NCBI GenBank assembly: GCA_900617105.1
Contig: UYFQ01000850.1
Span: 1-32,705 of the forward strand
Reading direction: 5' to 3'
Origin: Hydrurus foetidus
Taxonomy: Eukaryota
DNA length: 32,705 nucleotides
The translations under genes and the position numbers were made by a program. How positions within the stretch are numbered: the stretch's first letter is position 1; each line of letters opens with the position of its first letter. Under the pieces are notes generated by a model, which was not told the origin of the DNA, did not search any database, and saw nothing but the letters and a program-made list of their open reading frames with translations. Below, in pieces: positions 1 to 10,500 of the stretch.

Positions 1-1753
1 CAGAGCAAACAGTAATGGGTTTAGAAGCTGTATAACAGTCATGTTTAGCATTCAACTTATCAATCATTGTGAAAGAAATAAAATCCTCGGAGTAATTGGC
101 GGTATCGAGTACGGCCTTGCCCACAACGCGTCGTACGCTAGATTGGCGCTCCTTATCCTTATCCTTATCCTGTATCAAAACCGTTACGTTGAGATGGTCA
201 GAAGGTAGAATTGATGGATCATGCAAAAATTCATCGGGAATAAATGCTGGAATGACCGATGCAGTAATGCATGATACTGAATGTTCCATGTCAGTGACAT
301 CAGATGAATCGACATCAGGATCATATGTACCTTGTTGGTTTGCAGAGCCGTTGCTCGCGTTGTTATCCCCTTGGGGCGGGTTGTATCGACCCCCTCGAGG
401 GTTTTTACCTTGATACCCTCTGCCACCACCTTGGTTGCCCGCAAGACCGGGGTTCCCTTGGTTGCGGTTTTGGTTGTTTTGGTTTCCGTAACCTTGGTTG
501 TTTTGGTTTCCGGAACCTTGGTTCTGGTAACCTTGGTTTTGATTCCCGCGGTTTCCCGAACCTTGGTTTTGGTTTCCCTGATGTGGGTTGAACCCTTTAC
601 CTCCACCCTGGTTACCCTTGTGCTTCTTGTTATTGCACATCAAGTAAGGGGGTGCCCCTGCAGGGTGGAATCTCTCCCTGGTTTCGAACCCCGGTAGGAT
701 GAGTCTTTCCTGCCACATAACTTCCCCTTGTGCCAGCCATGCCTTACCTACAAACGAATCAGACCAGTTACAGCCGTGATCGTTGTTGGTATCGGAATAG
801 TACATGACTGTACAATCTGATAGAATATGTGCAGGGTTTCCGCATGAGCGACAAACCCGGGCAGCGGACACTAACGGTTCGTCAAGTGTCGAACGTACCG
901 CTAGGTTGCTACTCCCACTTGGGATATCTACATCACGGATAGCCAGTGTGCTCGCCCGCTTTTTAGTAGAGCGGGGAGGAGGGACTGCTGTACTCGGAAA
1001 CGAGTAGACAATGTCAGGGTTGCCATAACTCCTGCTCATGAGAATTGCGTCGCGAGCCGCCGTGACGACCGCGATAATGCGCAACATGGCGACTTCCCAC
1101 GTCTTGGGGGACTCATTGTCACGTGCTTTGTGAGCGACGTAATCACTCAAGATTCGGCTCCCTCGAGGGAGTCGTTTCTCAAGAATCGCTATCAACTCGG
1201 CATGCTGAGATGCGGTGATATGACGGACACGTTCGTGATCCGTGGCGATCTCTTTGTACGCCATGTACGTTACTAACTCTTCCTCATCGGAGGAAAGAGA
1301 ATAGTGGAAAGGGACCTTAGCAAACAGTTCTGCTAAGGTATGATCCCCTTGTTTGTTCTTGCAAAAGTATTGCATTACCAACTTGCCAACACTCTCTATC
1401 GGAAGGAGGTTTTGCCAATTAAGGCGTTGCTCGTTGGTAATAACTGCCAGTGTCGACTGATCAGTTAAGATTTTAACATGAAGCAAATCGATTGCTTGAC
1501 GTTGCATGCATTGTTTAATATGCAAGTGAGGCAAGCGTTGTGCTTGCTCATAGAATTCTTCAGCATCCTGCGGAGTAATATAATCTCCCCGTAGGATGAA
1601 TATCTCCCGTTGGATCTGAAGCGTCTGGGGAAACCCCATGCTCGACGATTGTGAGATTTGTGAGATGTTAAGGATGTTTCCTTCCTCATCAATCTCCTGC
1701 TCGTTGTCTGGCTCATTTGGCTCAGGCTCAGGATGGAGACCGTTGTCTTCCAT
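1..1753 (-). CDS. gag: Gag-protease polyprotein, copy A (open frame, 584 codons, runs off the window edge)
   Basis: ATG at 1753 (MEDNGLHPEPEPNE...). By manual reading the frame stays open to position 1; it is absent from the ORF track, probably because it has no stop. Contains the zinc knuckle CRSCGNPAHILSDC (812-853), an N/Q/G-rich tract and KAVLDTANYSEDFIS. Confidence 0.85.
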   Translation of the reverse strand, partial: MEDNGLHPEPEPNEPDNEQEIDEEGNILNISQISQSSSMGFPQTLQIQREIFILRGDYITPQDAEEFYEQAQRLPHLHIKQCMQRQAIDLLHVKILTDQSTLAVITNEQRLNWQNLLPIESVGKLVMQYFCKNKQGDHTLAELFAKVPFHYSLSSDEEELVTYMAYKEIATDHERVRHITASQHAELIAILEKRLPRGSRILSDYVAHKARDNESPKTWEVAMLRIIAVVTAARDAILMSRSYGNPDIVYSFPSTAVPPPRSTKKRASTLAIRDVDIPSGSSNLAVRSTLDEPLVSAARVCRSCGNPAHILSDCTVMYYSDTNNDHGCNWSDSFVGKAWLAQGEVMWQERLILPGFETRERFHPAGAPPYLMCNNKKHKGNQGGGKGFNPHQGNQNQGSGNRGNQNQGYQNQGSGNQNNQGYGNQNNQNRNQGNPGLAGNQGGGRGYQGKNPRGGRYNPPQGDNNASNGSANQQGTYDPDVDSSDVTDMEHSVSCITASVIPAFIPDEFLHDPSILPSDHLNVTVLIQDKDKDKERQSSVRRVVGKAVLDTANYSEDFISFTMIDKLNAKHDCYTASKPITVCS

Positions 1754-2587
1754 CTCCTATCGTAGGGTGAGCAGTCGATATAAATCGAGTTGTATCGAAG
1801 CAAGGACGAGCTTTCCTCGTCAAAAAAAATTTGCGAGAGTCGCCTCTTCACGATGTACGAGTACTTTACGCAAGTAACAGCGAATGAAAGGATTTCAACC
1901 CACTCTTGTCGAGAAAAATTCTATGGCGTCGAAGCCGAATTTTGGGTGATCGAAATTTGGTGTCCTGTTAAGGATGAAGGAAGAACTCCTGTCGACCAAA
2001 AGACGTCCTTAGACTAATCTGATGTCGCTAGCAGTGGAACCGGTGTCCAAATTGCCAGTGGAGAACTCCTTAATTTCGAGTTGGGAAGCCTCTCGCGACT
2101 TCGACCAAAACGAACTTTTGAAAACACCTTTCGGAGGGTTTCAAGCAGGAAGCGGCTAAGCCAAACTCCTGTAAACTTAAACTAAGTTCCGGAACTTCGT
2201 TTGGCTCAGCGAGAAAACGACTCCTCGGAAGTCGTGGAGTGAATTACTCCGTTGGAAGTCTATCTAAAGTTTGGGACGAGTAGATAGGTAGAAAAAGAAG
2301 CGAAGGAGGATGAGCGGGAATAGCGCTATTATGGCTCGGATGGGAAAAGGAAGAGGTGAAGGCTAGAGAGGTAGTTAGTTACAGCTAGAAAGCTAGAAGC
2401 TAGGGTGAACTTCTACGTGGAGGCTGTAAATGGCTACGACGATACAACAGACTGTAGTGTACGGTGGGTAGTGTACCGTAGTACTATCCGGTAGGATCGG
2501 GACCTGGACCCGGAACTACCACAACCGCTTGAAAGGCTGCAGATTTTCGGAGGCTAGTTTCAAACTCAAGTTTTGTTTCAGGTCTGA

Positions 2588-2988
2588 TGACAACGACAGA
2601 GAATTTAACAATCATGTGACGTCAAAAAGAAAAAAATCTCACATCATCAGGTGAGCACTCCGTTTCTTGAGAAGGAGCATTTCCTCGAAGCGTGAGGTGT
2701 AGACAGCAGAATTTCTTCTGTGCGTAGTAGCACTAGCAAATCTGCTAGCGGTAGCTCACACTCCGGGTATTTCAAACTTGGGTGAGGAGGCGTCGAGAAA
2801 AAGCTGGGCGGGGCAGGAGCTTGTAAATGCCCCCTCTCCTTTTATACCCCCTTGTTGAGAGGGTGACGAGTGAAGAGCATCTCCTCCCGTCTTCCGTCCC
2901 CCGTCCCCCGTCCGTCCCCAATGGATTCTGGGAAGTGGGAAGAGAGCTGGTTCACTGAAATTTTAGTTCCAGAGGCTCTTCGCTGTCA
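2588..2988 (-). repeat. LTR, copy A (401 bp)
   Basis: Bounded by imperfect inverted termini TGACAACGACAGAG ... CTCTTCGCTGTCA (TG..CA). Minus-strand TATAAAA at 2840-2846. Lies upstream of gag and is nearly identical to 7040-7440. Confidence 0.75.
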
Positions 2989-3340
2989 CTGCTCAATGCA
3001 GCCAAATGTCAAATACTTTCGAAATATCGGTGACCTTATATACTATGTCGACCAAGGGAGTTCCAGTTTCGAATACCTGAGTGAAAACAAATTGTTTCGA
3101 AATTTGCAGATGCGTAAGAAATAGTCCCAGAAACCATGTCAAGTCTTCGAAAAGAGTTATCTGAGGACCCTCTCAGTTTGTTTGTCTCCAGCGCTGAAGC
3201 GGAGGATATTTCAAAGCGTGCGAAACAGTCAGCAGCCATTGAGTCACAGAAATATGCCCAGACGATGAGTAGAATAGGATTGTCTGCATCTGATCTGTTG
3301 AGCGAGAGTCTGTCCTTCGGGGATCCTTTGAGTAGACCAT
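2989..3340 (+). pseudogene. Duplicated fragment of the myotubularin upstream region (147 bp) and first 205 coding bp of exon 1
   Basis: Matches 7441-7792 with one substitution seen. ATG at 3136 corresponds to the myotubularin ATG at 7588. Identity ends at ...GTAGACCAT (3340), where antisense chromodomain sequence begins. Confidence 0.9.
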
Positions 3341-4474
3341 GTTATTGTTCCTCAGGTATACATGGAGTGCATCACAGAGCCGGAGATTCTTCCAGGGCTC
3401 CCATGTATTATGTGAGTCATCATAGTTGAGCCATTTCACATGGAACGACATCGTAGTCGGTTTCTTTTTATCACCCGAGTGATTAAGAACTTTCTCAACG
3501 AAATACTCCATGTAATCGCGACGTGCTGTATCAGCAGGTAAGCCCATTGAAGGGTCATAATTGAATATTTTAAGATTCGTTACATGTACACTGTTGTGTT
3601 TATGTGTAATTAAGTTCGCGAGAACATACTCGGATCCCTCATAGGATACAACACGGAAAGGGCCTTTCCATTTAGTGTGTAGTCGAGTTGGAGGGTGTTC
3701 TTGTTTAACCAAGACATACGACCCTATAGGAAACACTGTCAAACCGGATGTCGACTTTTTGTGTTTTTCATCACATTTTTGAAGTGAGTCGATTGCTGCA
3801 TCGAGGACTTTGTCCTGTATCTCGATTAAATCAGCAATATATGTTGAATTTGATGATGATACCACCGGTAACAAATGAGGTGTTAAAATTCCTCGATTCA
3901 AATCAAGTTTATCCGCAAATAGGATAGATGCTGGACTTGCACCCGTACGTTTATTAACTGAACTATTTATAATTCGTTGTACAAACGGAATGCATTTTGC
4001 ATAATGGACAAGAGACGGTGTATCGAACACCAGTCCTTTAAAATGTCTATTTATCTCTTTATTGACTCGTTCAACAATGGCATTCTCTTGAGAGGAGTAA
4101 GCTAGAGGGAGATTATGGGGCGTACCCGAAAGATCTAAGAACTCTTTATGAGATCTCATTAGCGAAGTGGGATCCACGATCGGATCTTATCATGTTTGGC
4201 GAACCGAATCGACCAAAATGTGTTAATAAATTGTCCGCTGCAGATTCGGCAGTAGCGTCCTTACACCAGAACATTTCTGTCCATCTGGAGAAGGTGTCGA
4301 TTATGACGAGAATATACCCCTTATCGGGGAAAGGACCAACAAAGTCAATATTCAACGTATCGAAAATTGCGTGAGTAGAAGTTGAAAAATGTGCTGCATT
4401 GATTTTCGCATCAACCGCACTTAGTTTTTGACAACAAGGACAGTTTCGTATGTATGAACGTACGTGCTGTTTCA
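3341..4474 (-). pseudogene. pol: Integrase + chromodomain (5'-truncated, frameshifted near 4150, 3' end fused to host sequence)
   Basis: CPCCQK (second half of HHCC); DDE triad in IDFVGP / RSDRGSHF / NAIVERVN; KWKGPFRV (GPY/F motif); chromodomain EYFVEKVLNH...FHVKWLNYDDSHNTWEPWKNL. Split across ORFs 4146..4523 and 3173..4177. Confidence 0.92.
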
Positions 4475-6197
4475 GAGCAAACAGTAATGGGTTTAGAAGC
4501 TGTATAACAGTCATGTTTAGCATTCAACTTATCAATCATTGTGAAAGAAATAAAATCCTCGGAGTAATTGGCGGTATCGAGTACGGCCTTGCCCACAACG
4601 CGTCGTACGCTAGATTGGCGCTCCTTATCCTTATCCTTATCCTGTATCAAAACCGTTACGTTGAGATGGTCAGAAGGTAGAATTGATGGATCATGCAAAA
4701 ATTCATCGGGAATAAATGCTGGAATGACCGATGCAGTAATGCATGATACTGAATGTTCCATGTCAGTGACATCAGATGAATCGACATCAGGATCATATGT
4801 ACCTTGTTGGTTTGCAGAGCCGTTGCTCGCGTTGTTATCCCCTTGGGGCGGGTTGTATCGACCCCCTCGAGGGTTTTTACCTTGATACCCTCTGCCACCA
4901 CCTTGGTTGCGGTTTTGGTTATTTTGGTTTCCGTAACCTTGGTTGTTTTGGTTTCCGGAACCTTGGTTCTGGTTACCTTGGTTTTGATTCCCGCGGTTTC
5001 CCGAACCTTGGTTTTGGTTTCCCTGGTTTGGGTTGAACCCTTTACCTCCACCCTGGTTACCCTTGTGCTTCTTGTTATTGCACATCAAGTAAGGGGGTGC
5101 CCCTGCAGGGTGGAATCTCTCCCTGGTTTCGAACCCAGGTAGGATGAGTCTTTCCTGCCACATAACTTCCCCTTGTGCCAGCCATGCCTTACCTACAAAC
5201 GAATCAGACCAGTTACAGCCGTGATCGTTGTTGGTATCGGAATAGTACATGACTGTACAATCTGATAGAATATGTGCAGGGTTTCCGCATGAGCGACAAA
5301 CCCGGGCAGCGGACACTAACGGTTCGTCAAGTGTCGAACGTACCGCTAGGTTGCTACTCCCACTTGGGATATCTACATCACGGATAGCCAGTGTGCTCGC
5401 CCGCTTTTTAGTAGAGCGGGGAGGAGGGACTGCTGTACTCGGAAACGAGTAGACAATGTCAGGGTTGCCATAACTCCTGCTCATGTGAATTGCGTCGCGA
5501 GCCGCCGTGACGACCGCGATAATGCGCAACATGGCGACTTCCCACGTCTTGGGGACTCATTGTCACGTGCTTTGTGAGCGACGTAATCACCCAAGATTCG
5601 GCTCCCTCGAGGGAGTCGTTTCTCAAGAATCGCTATCAACTCGGCATGCTGAGATGCGGTGATATGACGGACACGTTCGTGATCCGTGGCGATCTCTTTG
5701 TACGCCATGTACGTTACTAACTCTTCCTCATCGGAGGAAAGAGAATAGTGGAAAGGGACCTTAGCAAACAGTTCTGCTAAGGTATGATCCCCTTGTTTGT
5801 TCTTGCAAAAGTATTGCATTATCAACTTGCCAACACTCTCTATCGGAAGGAGGTTTTGCCAATTAAGGCGTTGCTCGTTGGTAATAACTGCCAGTGTTGA
5901 CTGATCAGTTAAGATTTTAACAGGAAGCAAATCGATTGCTTGACGTTACATGCATTGTTTAATATGCAAGTGAGGCAAGCGTTGTGCTTGCTCATAGAAT
6001 TCTTCAGCATCCTGCAGAGTAATATAATCCCCCCGTAGGATGAATATCTCACGCTGGATCTGAAGCGTCTGGGGAAACCCCATGCTTGACGATTGTGAGC
6101 TTTGTGAGATGTTAAGGATGTTTCCTTCCTCATCAATCTCCTGCTCGTTGTCTGGCTCATTTGGCTCAGGCTCAGGATGGAGACCGTTGTCTTCCAT
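4473..6197 (-). pseudogene. gag: Gag-protease, copy B (premature stop and frameshift; protease truncated by deletion)
   Basis: Same as copy A except a CAA>TAA stop at 5946-5948, a G5>G4 frameshift near 5551 and a 27-bp shorter N/Q/G tract. Knuckle at 5257-5298. Joins directly to integrase at ~4473. Confidence 0.88.
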
Positions 6198-7039
6198 CTC
6201 CTATCGTAGGGTGAGCAGTCGATATAAATCGAGTTGTATCGAAGCAAGGACGAGCTTTCCTCGTCAAAAAAATTTTGCGAGAGCTTCGCCTCGTTCGCGT
6301 ATCGAGTACTTTACGCAAGTAACAGCGAATGAAAGGATTTCAACCCACTCTTGTCGAGAAAAATTCTATGGCGTGGAAGCCGAATTTTGGGTGATCGAAA
6401 TTTTGGTGTCCTGTTAAGGATGAAGGAAGAACTTCCTGTCGACCAAAAGACGTCCTTAGACTAATCTGATGTCGCTAGCAGTGGAACCGGTGTCCAAATT
6501 GCCAGTGGAGAACTCCTTAATTTCGAGTTGGGAAGCCTCTCGCGACTTCGACCAAAAACGAACTTTTGAAAACACCTTTCGGAGGGTTTCAAGCAGGAAG
6601 CGGCTACGCCAAACTCCTGTAAACTTAAACTAAGTTCTCGGAGCTTCGGGCTCAGCGAGAAAACGACTCCTCGGAAGTCGTGGAGTGAATCTACTCCTTT
6701 GGAAGTCTATCTAAAGTTTGGGACGAGTAGATAGGTAGAAAAAGAAGCGAAGGAGGATGAGCGGGAATAGCGCTATTATGGCTCGGATGGGAAAAGGAAG
6801 AGGTGGAAGGCTAGAGAGGTAGTTAGTTACAGCTAGAAAGCTAGAAGCTAGGGTGAACTTCTACGTGGAGGCTGTAAGTGGCTACGACGATACAACAGAC
6901 TGTAGTGTACGGTGAGTAGTGTACCGTAGTACTATCCGGTAGGATCGGGACCTTGGACCCGGAACTACCACAACTGCTTGAAAGGCTGCAGATGCCCTTC
7001 GGAGGCTAGCTCAAACTCAAGTTGGCGTTTCAGGTTCGA

Positions 7040-7440
7040 TGACAACGACAGAGAATTTAACAATCATGTGACGTCAAAAAGAAAAAAATCTCACATCATC
7101 AGGTGAGCACTCCGTTTCTTGAGAAGGAGCATTTCCTCGAAGCGTGAGGTGTAGACAGCAGAATTTCTTCTGTGCGTAGTAGCACTAGCAAATCTGCTAG
7201 CGGTAGCTCACACTTCGGGTATTTCAAACTTGGGTGAGGAGGCGGTGAGAAAAAGCTGGGCGGGGCAGGAGCTTGTAAATGCCCCCTCTCCTTTTATACC
7301 CCCTTGTTGAGAGGGTGACGAGTGAAGAGCATCTCCTCCCGTCTTCCGTCCCCCGTCCCCCGTCCGTCCCCAATGGATTCTGGGAAGTGGGAAGAGAGCT
7401 GGTTCACTGAAATTTTAGTTCCAGAGGCTCTTCGCTGTCA
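7040..7440 (-). repeat. LTR, copy B (5' LTR, 401 bp)
   Basis: TGACA...TGTCA inverted termini and minus-strand TATAAAA at 7292-7298. Host sequence starts at 7441. Confidence 0.75.
7292..7298 (-). promoter_or_regulatory. Putative TATA box of the LTR promoter
   Basis: GGGGTATAAAAGG on the minus strand, inside the LTR and oriented towards gag; same motif at 2840-2846. Confidence 0.55.
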
Positions 7441-7587
7441 CTGCTCAATGCAGCCAAATGTCAAATACTTTCGAAATATCGGTGACCTTATATACTATGT
7501 CGACCAAAGGAGTTCCAGTTTCGAATACCTGAGTGAAAACAAATTGTTTCGAAATTTGCAGATGCGTAAGAAATAGTCCCAGAAACC

Positions 7588-10500
7588 ATGTCAAGTCTTC
7601 GAAAAGAGTTATCTGAGGACCCTCTCAGTTTGTTTGTCTCCAGCGCTGAAGCGGAGGATATTTCAAAGCGTGCGAAACAGTCAGCAGCCATTGAGTCACA
7701 GAAATATGCCCAGACGATGAGTAGAATAGGATTGTCTGCATCTGATCTGTTGAGCGAGAGTCTGTCCTTCGGGGATCCTTTGAGTAGACCATCCAATACC
7801 CCAAATGCCATAAAGTCACCTCAACGTGACCACGAGAATGTACGACAGGAAACAATACCCAATCCCTCTCGAGAAGACCTTTACCAGAAATCATATCAAT
7901 CCAATAACACAGGTGAATCTATAAATTGGTTGTCTCCGTTCACGTGGGTTTCGAGTCGCAACTAGATTATGAATAATGTGTGGAAAATCGGATAAGGCCT
8001 TGCGATATTCATCACTTTCCTCTGTAAAACTTACACACTGCTCTAAATGAAAGCGCAACAGTTGTCTTAATCATCATCCATGATACGCTTCAGAAAAAGT
8101 GCCGGAAGATGTTTATCGCCAGAGAAGTGAGTGTCCTCCCAAGGAATATCTTCCTGTCACCGATCAGACAGTGAACATCTCTTCGAATCCACTGAAAATG
8201 TCTGCTGAGACTGCCGGCCCATCAGTAAACCAGTCTATGCGCAACAACAACCCTGCAGAACACTTCGCTGAAAACTTTGCCGAAAACGCTGAGAACGACA
8301 CGAAATACCTGAGTGGCGAAAGTCCAATAAGTGAAGTGATCGATTCTCGAATCCAGATAGCTGCGGGGCGATCTCTAGTGGGCAACCTAGTGCTGACTAA
8401 TTATCGTTTGAAGTTTGTGGTGTCGAAGAAACTGCTGAAGTCCATCAATTCTCCGTCTCTGTATTCCTATTTGAATATCCCTCTAGGCAGCATCGACAAA
8501 ATAGAAAAAGAGAAGAAGACGAAGGAGCAAAAATTATACGAACAGAAGCAATTCAATTTGCACAACAGCAACAACAGCAGCGTCAACATCAGCTCCAACA
8601 TCATCATCAACATAACGTGCAAAGACATGAGAGTGCTGCGAATCACCATGCCGCACAGTAGCAGCATCAACTACAACAATAGCAACAACAATAATAATAA
8701 TAGGAATATGGGTCATTCATACAACAGTTCTGGTCACTCTTCTTACAGCCACTGTTACACCGAGAGCGACATCGAGAATTTCATTCAAACCATTGCTGAA
8801 GTTGCTTTCCCCAACGACCGTAGGGGCCTGTTCGCATTTTCACACAAAATGTCAGTCGCTCCTAATGGAGGAAACAACAGCAATGGCGACAATGGGTCTA
8901 ATTTAAACAGCAATAATAGGGCTAACAATTGTTTCCCTAACAGTCACAGCCACAGTCAGGGACAGAGTATGGGACAGGGACATAGTCAGATGATTCATGG
9001 AGTGGAAGTCGCGTCAGCAGTAGAGCCGTACGATATCATGAAAGAGTTTAATCGACTCTCCATCTTCGACATCCTCTCCGTGACAGAGAAGTCAGAAAAA
9101 TCCTCATTATTCCGTATATCGACTGTGAATACGAACTACAATTTGTGCAATACGTATCCGCACACACTAGTGGTGCCCACTAAGATGAGTGACGAAGAAA
9201 TTGTGCAGTCAGCCAACTTCAGATCGGGGCACAGACTGCCTGTACTGTGCTGGGGGGACAGAGAAACAGGTGCGATAAGTGCTGAGCACGAAACACAACT
9301 ATTCATATCATTCTTCGTGGATACTGGAATGAAATAGTGCGCAAAGGAATATTACATCAGATTAGATGACAAATGCGTTGACTATCATCATCATGCTGTG
9401 CGGTTAAGTCTCTTCGCGCTCCTCTCGTCTCTCCCATTCTCTTTCTTTCTTCCTCTTCTTTCATCTCCTCTCCTCGTCCCTCTCCCTCCTCCCCCTCCCT
9501 AGGTGTGACTATGTGGCGTTCTTCTCAGCCCAAGTCAGGGGTGTCAGGAACATGCGGTGCTGATGAGAAGTTGCTGGAACTGATAGCGCAGTCATGTGTG
9601 TACAAGAGAACACCCACAGGGGGCATCAAGGTCACAGGGGATCCCCTGCTCTGCATCATAGACTGCAGACCAAAGGTGGTGCAACGCGCCAGTCACTATA
9701 TTCTCTTTTATCCTTTGTCGCACACATCAGCATTTCTCATTTATTTTTACTTCCGTTTTTGAAAGTTGCAGAATTTCTTCTTTGATAACAATCTCGTCAT
9801 GTACGTACAGTTACTTACTGGTGGTAATCGCTTGTGTTATACTCTCTTGACATGACAGGAGTGAAGTAGAATAGTTGGCACATGAAACATACACTCCTCA
9901 TCACTCACTACTCCCTGCCTGATTTAATATCTTCCCTCCCTTTTTGTCTTCGCGTGTTTCTATTTTAATTCCAGGCCAGTGCTCTAGCGAACAAAGCGGC
10001 AGGTGCAGGGTACGAGAGTCAGAACAACTACCCGTACACACACATCTACTTCAACAACATCGGCAACATCCACGTCATGCGGGAGAGCTACAACTCCCTG
10101 TGCAACCTGCTGCTCAGCCCCATCCCCATCTTAAACGACGTCAGCTTCACCAAGCAAGTGGAAGACACCAACTATTTAACAAACATAAGATTGCTCTTAA
10201 AGTGCTCCCTAGAGACGGTGTTTTTCATGAAAAGAAATCTCCCTGTGCTAGTGCATTGCAGTCACGGTTGGGACAGGACAGCTCAAGTAACTGCACTCAG
10301 TCAACTGTTCCTCGATCCGTATTACAGAACCATTGACGGATTCAAGATTTTGATCGAAAAAGAATTCCTAAGCTTTGGTCATCAATTTTTCCTGCGATGC
10401 GGTCACGGGCTGAATAAGAACACTAATAGCAGAAGCCAGTATGGGAACAGCAACAACACGGGGAGCAACGTTAAGCAAGACGATCAGCTGTCGCCCATAT

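Larger units (their letters stand above)
1..7440 (-). mobile_element. Tandemly duplicated Ty3/gypsy chromovirus-like LTR retrotransposon (copy A 1-2988, truncated by window edge; copy B 3341-7440, internally deleted)
   Basis: 1-3340 repeats at 4473-7792 (offset ~4445-4472). The minus strand encodes Gag with a CX2CX4HX4C knuckle, a protease-like LDTA motif, a DDE integrase, a GPF motif and a chromodomain. Each copy has a 401-bp TG..CA LTR-like block. Confidence 0.93.

Noticed and set aside
430..620. Short GGTT-rich direct repeats that could suggest a CRISPR or telomeric array
   Set aside because: There is no repeat-spacer periodicity; they encode the N/Q/G tract of Gag on the minus strand.
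96..1007. Several + strand and alternate-frame ORFs (e.g. 96-413, 184-606, 332-697) and their twins at 4568-5452
   Set aside because: They are shadows of the repetitive gag frame and carry no independent motifs.
7331..7372. Purine-rich minus-strand run followed by TG, resembling a PPT and LTR start
   Set aside because: It lies inside the block bounded by the better 13-14-bp inverted termini (7040/7440) and upstream of gag, where no PPT is expected. Treated as a U3 repeat, though not fully excluded.
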